From NCBI GenBank assembly GCA_016839745.1, contig JAEOTS010000187.1:1-22285 (forward strand): a stretch of DNA of 22,285 bases, written 5' to 3'. This DNA is from Promethearchaeota archaeon (lineage in GTDB: Archaea > Asgardarchaeota > Lokiarchaeia > Sigyniarchaeales > SOKP01). The notes below the pieces were generated by a model, which made no database searches, was not told where the DNA came from, and saw nothing but the letters and a program-made list of their open reading frames with translations. This document shows, piece after piece, positions 7,705 through 14,830 of this stretch (positions are counted from its first letter, which is position 1; every line of letters begins with the position of its first letter). The position numbers were made by a program, and so were the translations under genes.

Positions 7705-9057
7705 TTGAAAGACTTACAACCATTTTTTAACCCAAAAAGCGTACTTATAATCGGAGTTTCTCGGCAAGCTCTTTCTTTTAGCTACACCGTCTTGAAAAAC
7801 TTGCTAGAGATTTTTTACAAAGGTAAGCTTTATATTTTAAATCCCAACGCAAATGATATTTTAGGTGTAAAATCTTACCACTCATTTGAGGAATTACCTG
7901 AGATTCCAGAATTAGCCGTAATTGTTTTAGGAAAAGATATTCTTGAAATTGTAGAAAAATTAGGCCAGCTTGGTGTTAAATATGTTGCGATACAAACTGA
8001 ATTAAAACCGGGAACAAAAATTAACGATTTAACTCTTAAATTACATGATACTTGCATCAAATATAACATTACTTATTTAGGACCGTCAATGCTCGGTATC
8101 ATCAATTTTGGAGATAACTTCACTACATCGATAATTCCCGTTCGACAGCATATAATGCGGGGGAATAAAGATGTGAAAGAAGGTATAAGCTTCATAGCTC
8201 AATCTGGCGGGTTGGCAGGAGCAATGGGTTGGTGGACGCCTTCACAAAGATTACCAATTTCGAAGGTAATACATTTAGGTAAAGGTTTCCACATTAATGA
8301 AGCTGATGTGTTAGAATATTTCTTACATGACGATACGACTAAAGTTATTTCACTCTTTATTAGAGATATTACAGACGAATTAATTGAAGCGGTGCAGAAA
8401 GTTAGCACTGAAAAACCTATACTATTTTATTACGTAGGTAAAGACGAAGCTCAGGAGATTAAATTGAAGAAAGTCGGAGGAATATCCGTTCTGAATTATA
8501 TCGAACTTTTCGAAACTGCAAAAATATTTTTATGGTGTCCTGAACCTAAAGGAATTAATTTAGGCATAATTGGTCCTAGTTCAGGCGCAATTCATTTAAT
8601 TATTAAAGAAATGAGAAAGCAAAATTTAGCACTTGCCAAACCTAGCGAAATTTCAAGGAATATAATAGAAGATAAAGTTGGAGGATCCACTTGTGCTTTT
8701 GGAAATCCGGTTGATTATTGGCCTCCAGAAAAATTTGTTGGAATTAAAATTTGTGGTATATATAATACAGCTTCAGAAGCTTTATTAAAAGATAAAGCTG
8801 TCGATGGATTAATTTTAGCTTTAGAGTTCTTTACTGAAATCGAATTTGACTTCAATATTTATTCTTCTCTTATTAATAATTATCCAAATAAACCAATAAT
8901 CACCATTCTAATTCAAGCCGAGCGTGAAGGGGCAAAAAGAGTGACCAAATCCGCAACAGAATTGAAAATTCCTGTGTTTGAAAACGAAATAGAACGAGCT
9001 GTTCGCGGTTATAAACTTTTATACGATTATTACTCAAAAATTAAAAAAAGAAAATAA
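7705..9057 (+). CDS. CoA-binding protein, ADP-forming acyl-CoA synthetase alpha-subunit-like (apparently lacking the catalytic His segment)
   Basis: FFNPKSVLIIGVS, LNPN...ILGVKSY, PELAVI, LGPSMLG, SFIAQSGG, DDTTKVI and NPVD follow the AcdA layout. TTG start with AAGGA upstream. Confidence 0.85.
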   Translation: MKDLQPFFNPKSVLIIGVSRQALSFSYTVLKNLLEIFYKGKLYILNPNANDILGVKSYHSFEELPEIPELAVIVLGKDILEIVEKLGQLGVKYVAIQTELKPGTKINDLTLKLHDTCIKYNITYLGPSMLGIINFGDNFTTSIIPVRQHIMRGNKDVKEGISFIAQSGGLAGAMGWWTPSQRLPISKVIHLGKGFHINEADVLEYFLHDDTTKVISLFIRDITDELIEAVQKVSTEKPILFYYVGKDEAQEIKLKKVGGISVLNYIELFETAKIFLWCPEPKGINLGIIGPSSGAIHLIIKEMRKQNLALAKPSEISRNIIEDKVGGSTCAFGNPVDYWPPEKFVGIKICGIYNTASEALLKDKAVDGLILALEFFTEIEFDFNIYSSLINNYPNKPIITILIQAEREGAKRVTKSATELKIPVFENEIERAVRGYKLLYDYYSKIKKRK

Positions 9058-9059
9058 GA

Positions 9060-10331
9060 TTAACTTAAAAAAACATCTTTTAGCTCTTCAGGAATAGAAT
9101 CATCTTCGTCCATCAAAGAAATAGCGTATATTTGATCGCCACATTTACATTGTCTACCTTCAAATAAGTAAAACTTAAACTTATTTTTCCAATTGCATAC
9201 ATTAACAGTTTCAATTTTAGCAATTTCACCACATATACAATAAATCGCGGCGTCACTAGAGTAATTAGGTATAATTTTGCTAAACTCGAGATCGGATTCA
9301 GTAAATTCGGATTCACTTAACATTTGGTTGATTTTATCAGCAAGATTGTCCTTTAATCTGGGAAGAAAACTCGTAATAATTCCTTCTTTACCTTTCATTT
9401 CGGTCAATACAACGAAGTTTTTCTCGAGTTTATCGCCCTTTTTCTTTTCTGGAAATATAGGTTGGTTGTATTGTTGCTGAAGGGCCGTAGGAATAGGAAA
9501 AGCCTCCATACCTTCGGGATATTCAAATGAGACGTAATATTCTGTAAGTCCTCTCATTTGTTTCTGGTTTATCACATTTAAATCCTCATAATCTCTGTGA
9601 AATAGAGAAAACTTAATTAGTTCCAGTGGAACTTTTAACTCTATTAGGTTTGATCGAACGTTTGATAAAATTTCACCAACATAACTCTTTAAGACCAGTA
9701 TGTCATCGCGATTTTTTGTATAAAGTTCATCTCGATTTTCTTCTTTAAATCGAAACCATTTTTTAACAGTGGAGTTCCTCACAAATTGAGGTACCATACA
9801 AAACACACACAATAGAGGTAACATAAAAAATGAGATGTCTATACCAAAAAGTGGGAGGATAAAAAATAATAAAGCAATACCTAATAAGGGCGCAGTAATA
9901 ATCAAATTTAGATTTCGCAATCTTTTTTCTACTGGCTTATTGATTCCTTTACTTATCGCTAATTCCTCGGTTTTAATTTTTATCCGTTCAACTGCTTCAA
10001 GGATTTTCTTATCTTCAAATCCTTTTTTAAGGAGTTTGTCTTCTTCCCCAGCAGTATCAAATTTATCTATTCTTTCTGTTATTCTTTTTATGTACTGGTC
10101 AATAGAACGTTCCTTAAAAGCAAAATCTAAAGGTTCTTCTGAAAAATAATCTAAAAATTTTATTACTGATAATTTTCCTTCAATGTCTTTAAGGTCGTCT
10201 GGCTGAATACCTAATGCTTCTTGCAATGCTTGGCTTTGTGTTTTTTTGGTGGGTCTGGCGCGCCTTGAATTCTTTTTTGGTTCTTCGATTCCTTCCGGGT
10301 GTTCACTATTTTTGTTCTCGTTTTCGTTCAT
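9060..10331 (-). CDS. Hypothetical two-TM membrane protein with C-terminal Cys (Zn-ribbon-like) domain
   Basis: 423-aa ORF with a charged N-terminus, a hydrophobic hairpin (LIITAPLLGIALLFFILPLFG / ISFFMLPLLCVFCMVP) and C-terminal YCICG...QCKCG. Confidence 0.7.
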   Translation of the reverse strand: MNENENKNSEHPEGIEEPKKNSRRARPTKKTQSQALQEALGIQPDDLKDIEGKLSVIKFLDYFSEEPLDFAFKERSIDQYIKRITERIDKFDTAGEEDKLLKKGFEDKKILEAVERIKIKTEELAISKGINKPVEKRLRNLNLIITAPLLGIALLFFILPLFGIDISFFMLPLLCVFCMVPQFVRNSTVKKWFRFKEENRDELYTKNRDDILVLKSYVGEILSNVRSNLIELKVPLELIKFSLFHRDYEDLNVINQKQMRGLTEYYVSFEYPEGMEAFPIPTALQQQYNQPIFPEKKKGDKLEKNFVVLTEMKGKEGIITSFLPRLKDNLADKINQMLSESEFTESDLEFSKIIPNYSSDAAIYCICGEIAKIETVNVCNWKNKFKFYLFEGRQCKCGDQIYAISLMDEDDSIPEELKDVFLS

Positions 10332-10474
10332 ATTATTCTCAATAATTTCATGCGTTTATTAATTGGGTAATAATTAAGATAATGTAATTAACTTTTTGAA
10401 AATAGTTCCTTTAAAAAATAACTAATCTTATTCTCAAAAAGAGATTTTAATAACTATTTATCAATATACAAATT

Positions 10475-11311
10475 ATGAGTAAAAGAATAACTCTTAGGAC
10501 AGAAGTGTTACTTGAAGGACTTAAATTTCCCGAAAGTCCCAGGTGGCACGAAGATAAACTCTGGTTCGTTGACATCGACGGTCACAAAGTATTAACGGTT
10601 GATTTGAATGGAATTTCTGAAACAATACTTGAGAGAGATGATCAAGTATCAGGATTAGGATGGCTTCCTGACAATAGATTATTAGTAGTATCGATGGGAG
10701 ATAATACCCTATTACGACTCGATCCTGAAGGTGTCAAAGTAGTCGCAGATTTAAACAAGTTCAAAACCGTATTATGTAATGATATGGTAGTAGATAAAAT
10801 GGGCCGAGCATATGTAGGGAATATGGGATTCGATTACTTTAACGGTAAACCATACGCGCCATCAAAGCTTATACTTGTAGAACCAAATGGATCCGCAAGA
10901 ATCGTCGTGGAGAACATGGCTTTTCCTAACGGAACTGTTATCACACCAGACGATAAGACCCTTATAATAGCAGAAACCTTTGCTGCCAAGTTAACTGCTT
11001 TTGATATATTGGAAGATGGGTCGCTTACAGGACGTAGACTCTGGGCCAACCTCAAATCCTTAGCTCCAGATGGTATCTGTTTGGATGCAGAAGGAGGTAT
11101 TTGGCTAGCTGCACCTGGAAGAGGAAGAGTTGTTCGTGTTCTTGAGGGAGGAAAAATTACGCATATAGTAAAAGTAGAAAATGACGCCTATGCTTGCATG
11201 TTAGGTGGTCCAGATCGTCAAACTCTTTTTGTCGCAACATCAAAGCATACAAGAGACGCCGGTAGAATTGAATTCGTTGAAGTCGATATTCCGGGAGCAG
11301 GACTTCCCTGA
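10475..11311 (+). CDS. SMP-30/gluconolactonase/LRE family protein
   Basis: FPESPRWH, CNDMVVD..GRAYVG, FPNG, PDGICLDAEGGIW and GGPDRQTLFV beta-propeller motifs. Confidence 0.92.
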   Translation: MSKRITLRTEVLLEGLKFPESPRWHEDKLWFVDIDGHKVLTVDLNGISETILERDDQVSGLGWLPDNRLLVVSMGDNTLLRLDPEGVKVVADLNKFKTVLCNDMVVDKMGRAYVGNMGFDYFNGKPYAPSKLILVEPNGSARIVVENMAFPNGTVITPDDKTLIIAETFAAKLTAFDILEDGSLTGRRLWANLKSLAPDGICLDAEGGIWLAAPGRGRVVRVLEGGKITHIVKVENDAYACMLGGPDRQTLFVATSKHTRDAGRIEFVEVDIPGAGLP

Positions 11312-11400
11312 ATCCTACTATTAAAATAAAGTATAATTAAAAAAAATAATTAAAAAAAACTTATCGCTTAGGATTCTCCTAATAAATTAGCGCTGTTGCC

Positions 11401-11640
11401 TTAAGCGACATTCTCTACCCGAATAACTTCAGGTACAAACTGTTTGATAGCTCGTTCGATCCCAAATTGTAGGGTTTGTTGTGCGTGTGCACATCCCGCG
11501 CAGTGACCTTGTAATCTCACTTTAACGATACCATCATCTGTAATGTCTACTAGTTCAACATCGCCGCCGTCCATTTGGAGTTGGGGTCGAATCTTCTCCA
11601 GAACTTCTTTAACTTTTTCTTTATCAACCATTTTAATCAT
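11401..11640 (-). CDS. NifU-C/Nfu-type Fe-S cluster carrier protein
   Basis: IRPQLQMDGGDVELV and VRLQGHCAGC (CxxC), TLQFGIE. Alternative start ATG at 11631. Confidence 0.92.
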   Translation of the reverse strand: MIKMVDKEKVKEVLEKIRPQLQMDGGDVELVDITDDGIVKVRLQGHCAGCAHAQQTLQFGIERAIKQFVPEVIRVENVA

Positions 11641-11664
11641 TTTAGTAATTTTTTAATCTTAACA

Positions 11665-11672
11665 TATATAAA
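11665..11672 (-). promoter_or_regulatory. Putative TATA box of the Nfu gene
   Basis: TTTATATA on the minus strand, 25 nt upstream of the ATG at 11640, compatible with a leaderless or short-leader transcript. Confidence 0.45.
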
Positions 11673-11859
11673 TTGTTTAATCTATTTAAAACCCAGCTCT
11701 TTAAAATATGAATGTTCATCACTAATCGTTTAATTCTGAACGATGATTTCATGAAAATTGCTATAAAAAAAATATGGTTCTATCAATTTATTAAAATTAA
11801 CCTAAAAACTCTTATTTCTCAAATCTTTAGATGATCTCAAAGTTAAAACAATTTAAATA

Positions 11860-12249
11860 GTGCATTTCATAATGGACGCTAACCATTTTGTAAAAGATTT
11901 AAACGAAGCTCAAGAATTAATGAGAAACGAAAAGTATCAAGAAGCTTTAATCCTATTAGACAAATTAAAAGAAGCTGATAAAGCGGGAGATTTTGATTAT
12001 AACCTCACACATAAACTTTATCAGTTAATTTCAAATTCGCAGTCGCTCTACAATCAACAGAAGGTTTTAAGCGCGATCCAGAAAATATCTCAAAAACAAA
12101 AGTCGATATCTTTTCTGGAATTAAAGGAAGTAGTAAATGAACATGAAAATTTAGATATCGACGAGCAAGTTTTAAGAAGAGAAGTTGAAATCCTTATCCT
12201 TAGGTCTTTATTAGAAGTTAAGTTAGAAGGAAACGATTTAATCTTTTGA
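11860..12249 (+). CDS. Small helical-repeat plus winged-helix protein, PCI-domain-like
   Basis: N-terminal TPR-like hairpin (LNEAQELMRNEKYQEALILLDKL) and C-terminal SISFLEL...LRREVEILILRSLLEVKLEGNDLIF, which resembles the PCI winged helix. The likely real start is the ATG at 11872. Confidence 0.55.
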   Translation: MHFIMDANHFVKDLNEAQELMRNEKYQEALILLDKLKEADKAGDFDYNLTHKLYQLISNSQSLYNQQKVLSAIQKISQKQKSISFLELKEVVNEHENLDIDEQVLRREVEILILRSLLEVKLEGNDLIF

Positions 12250-12278
12250 TCTATATCAACCTCTACAGGATTAATAGT

Positions 12279-12292
12279 AAAAAAAAAAAAAA
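12279..12292 (-). terminator. Oligo(T) terminator-like tract (T14 on the minus strand)
   Basis: A14 run 7 nt beyond the stop of the 12300..12593 minus-strand gene. Archaeal transcription terminates at oligo-U tracts. Confidence 0.5.
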
Positions 12293-12299
12293 TTAATTT

Positions 12300-12593
12300 T
12301 TAACTCAAAATCTTTAAGGCATCTCTAGCACTGACGAGGACTTCAAATTTGCCTTCTACACTTTCATGGTCTAAAAAAGGCCTGAACATTTTTGAGACTT
12401 CAACAATGGCATCATCTCCATGGCCTTTTTCAGTAAATATAATATTATAATGTTTTATACCCTTTTTTCCTTCCCCTGTTTGGAAAGTTAACCATTTTTT
12501 TACATAAGACGGTGGTTTTCCCATTTTTTTCACAAGTTCTACAAGTTCTCTTGCTTTTGAAGATGGATACCAAAGAATAAAATTAAAAATCAT
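12300..12593 (-). CDS. Small hypothetical protein, probable ferredoxin-like (beta-alpha-beta-beta-alpha-beta) fold
   Basis: 97-aa ORF with an alternating strand/helix pattern, a TATA-like TTAAATAT upstream (12661-12668, minus strand) and a poly-T tract downstream. Confidence 0.65.
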   Translation of the reverse strand: MIFNFILWYPSSKARELVELVKKMGKPPSYVKKWLTFQTGEGKKGIKHYNIIFTEKGHGDDAIVEVSKMFRPFLDHESVEGKFEVLVSARDALKILS

Positions 12594-12672
12594 TTATCAT
12601 CAACTCCATTTTTCAATAATTAATTAGATTCAAAATTGGTATGAATATTATTGTACAAAGATATTTAAGATT

Positions 12673-12697
12673 TGACATTTGTGTCATTATCAAATGT
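12673..12697. promoter_or_regulatory. Overlapping inverted repeats (TGACA-N4-TGTCA and ACATTTG-N9-CAAATGT), candidate operator
   Basis: Read directly at 12673-12686 and 12675-12697 in the divergent intergenic region, adjacent to a minus-strand TATA box. Confidence 0.35.
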
Positions 12698-12802
12698 ATT
12701 GTATTCTAATAGAATTCGACAGTTAATAAATGTGCTACCAAAAAAATCGGCTTTTTTAAACTTATTTTAATATCTACATAAAAGCAAAAAAGTAATTTTA
12801 CT

Positions 12803-13396
12803 ATGATAATAGATCAATTAACACGGAGTATCCAGCTAAAAATTTGTTATTTTGGTCCAGCGCTTTCGGGAAAAACTACGTCTATAAAAGCGTTGTTCAA
12901 CCATTTTGGGAAAAAAGATCGCGTTTTGAGCATAGATAGTAGCATCCGCCGGACTTTATTCTTCGACTATGGTACAATAGATTTTGAAAATCAGCAGTGG
13001 CATCTAAAGATTCACCTCTATTCTACAACTGGACAGGATTTCTACATTATTACGCGACCTGTTACGTTACAAGCAATCGATGGAATTATCTTTGTAGCAG
13101 ATTCGCAACAAGAGGTATATTACCGAAATTTAACTTCATGGAACGAATTATGCAATTATTTCGAAGATGCTATTATTACTCTTCCTAAGCTTATAGCATT
13201 TAATAAACAAGATTTGCCAGATAAATTTAGTCCTGCAGTATTTTTAGACAATATCAATTATTTTAAATTTAAAAACATTGACTTTAAGAAAACAATTGCA
13301 GTGAACGGGGAGGGGATTTTAGATAGCTTTGAAGAAATTTTAAGTCTTGTTTTTAAAAATCTGTATAAAAGTCAGATAGTATCTGCTCTTCAATGA
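12803..13396 (+). CDS. MglA-type small GTPase (Ras superfamily, Arf/MglA-related)
   Basis: KICYFGPALSGKTT (G1), RRTLFFDY (MglA switch I), LYSTTGQDFY (MglA-type G3 without the Asp of DxxG), DGIIFVADSQ, NKQDL (G4) and IAVNGEGI (G5). Confidence 0.9.
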   Translation: MIIDQLTRSIQLKICYFGPALSGKTTSIKALFNHFGKKDRVLSIDSSIRRTLFFDYGTIDFENQQWHLKIHLYSTTGQDFYIITRPVTLQAIDGIIFVADSQQEVYYRNLTSWNELCNYFEDAIITLPKLIAFNKQDLPDKFSPAVFLDNINYFKFKNIDFKKTIAVNGEGILDSFEEILSLVFKNLYKSQIVSALQ

Positions 13397-13409
13397 GATT
13401 AACCCTAGT

Positions 13410-14618
13410 TTAAAAAAAGTCTGACGATAAGGGGGTTTGGATTCTGATTGTTTTTTGAGAATTGTCTTCTAACACACAGATCAACGCTGTTATATTTTGT
13501 TTAGTTTTATAAACAATTTCCTTTTCTTCGCCGGCTTCCCAACGATGAAAACCGGTTAGAGTTGGAGCTGTCTCGAATAGACCCTCTTGAAGCCCCGAAA
13601 CATTAACTGAAACGCCATTTAAGGCTTCTTTAGAAATGTTCTTTATTTTAATATTGTATTTTTCTATATCAGAATCTATTGAAGAAATTTTATATACTTT
13701 CTGGAACTTTGAAGAGACTTCGTCAAAGATTGATGGCGCTCCCGCAGAACTTTTAGAAAATAGATCAGTACCTAATTCATCTTCCCCAACTGGTTTTGCT
13801 ATTATCGTAATAGGAACCTCAAGCTTAATTGGTTCTTTTCCAAATTCGGGTTTAGGCTTTCCAATAAACATTAAAGACCATTTTACATAAGAACCGTATT
13901 TCATTCCCCAATATTCTTTTTCGTGGGGTTCCCATAAGTAGTTATGGCTTGGTTGTGCAATCTCAGGCACTTTTAAAAGTAAGAAATCTTTATTCATATC
14001 GGAGGTTCGAGCATCTCCCGCAATTGCAGGGGGTAATTCTTCAACCTTGCTACATGTTTGTCCATAGGCTTCACAATAGCAAATTATATTAGCTTTTTGT
14101 AAAAGTCTGATTTCGACTTGTTTAAGCTCATCAGAAGAAAAGTTGATTTTAATTGTCTCTCCTGGTTTAAATATATCTTTTGATAAACTCACATTTAACC
14201 CAGAAATTGAAAGTGAAAGAGGGTTTGGTTTCATTACTTGCTGATCTGTATCTTTCGCCTTGATTTCAATTTTTTGCGTTTTATTAATTACCAAATCATC
14301 ATCTGGATTATTGGGATGAGGTTGCCTTAAAATTAATTTAAGTTCGTATTCTAAATCTCTATTTTTAATGGTAGGAATAACATTGTTCTTGATTAAAAAC
14401 GATTTTTCTCGAATATACTCCCCCTTTTCAAAATTCCCCTTAGAGAATATATCTTCTTTAGTGATTTGAAGCTCTTTTAAACATGGAGGATGAGTTAAAA
14501 GACGAATCCCAGACCATAATATTGACGAATCTTCCTCGAAATTGAATGTAGTCCTAACTTTTAGTTTATCCCCTAAGAAAACGTATCCGTTATTTAAATC
14601 ACTAAGGTTTAATTTCAT
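13410..14618 (-). CDS. Arrestin/Vps26/SpoOM-fold protein (tandem arrestin N and C sandwiches) with an extra C-terminal Ig-like domain
   Basis: N-domain pattern: VFLGDKLKV...GEYIREKSFLI..NVIPTI...LEYELKLILRQP. C-domain pattern: VSLSKDIFKPGETIKI...VEIRLLQ...LKVPEIAQPS...YVKWSL...LEVPITII. Residues ~307-398 show a further beta-rich pattern (YNIKIKN..LNGVSVNV..WEAGEEKEI). Confidence 0.65.
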   Translation of the reverse strand: MKLNLSDLNNGYVFLGDKLKVRTTFNFEEDSSILWSGIRLLTHPPCLKELQITKEDIFSKGNFEKGEYIREKSFLIKNNVIPTIKNRDLEYELKLILRQPHPNNPDDDLVINKTQKIEIKAKDTDQQVMKPNPLSLSISGLNVSLSKDIFKPGETIKINFSSDELKQVEIRLLQKANIICYCEAYGQTCSKVEELPPAIAGDARTSDMNKDFLLLKVPEIAQPSHNYLWEPHEKEYWGMKYGSYVKWSLMFIGKPKPEFGKEPIKLEVPITIIAKPVGEDELGTDLFSKSSAGAPSIFDEVSSKFQKVYKISSIDSDIEKYNIKIKNISKEALNGVSVNVSGLQEGLFETAPTLTGFHRWEAGEEKEIVYKTKQNITALICVLEDNSQKTIRIQTPLSSDFF

Positions 14619-14720
14619 AAGATTTGCTCTAATATGTCAAAAAGAACATATTAAAATTTAATATATTAATATTAATTGTAGAACTCTATTAATATTTTTT
14701 TTACTATTTAAAGTAATTTA

Positions 14721-14760
14721 CAAACTATTAAAACTTTATTTCAAACTATTTCAAACTAGT
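14721..14760. repeat. Four AAACT-core direct repeats, including the tandem TATTTCAAAC x2
   Basis: caaactatta aaactttatt tcaaactatt tcaaactagt, in the divergent promoter region between the arrestin-like and HAD genes. Confidence 0.4.
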
Positions 14761-14830
14761 TTAAGAAAGATAAATGACAAATTATAATTGCTACTATGAT
14801 TTAGATTTATATTATAGCATTTAATTCAAT

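Noticed and set aside
11361-11400. Hairpin (TTAGGA-GAA-TCCTAA on the minus strand) after the Nfu gene as a possible SECIS element
   Set aside because: The Nfu CxxC is encoded by TGC/TGT with no in-frame TGA. The stem is short and better explained as a 3'-end structure between convergent genes.
12300-12593. 97-aa ORF as the MglB/roadblock partner of the GTPase
   Set aside because: Its pattern begins with a beta-strand and looks ferredoxin-like rather than following the roadblock alpha-beta-beta-alpha-beta-beta-beta order. It is also divergently transcribed.
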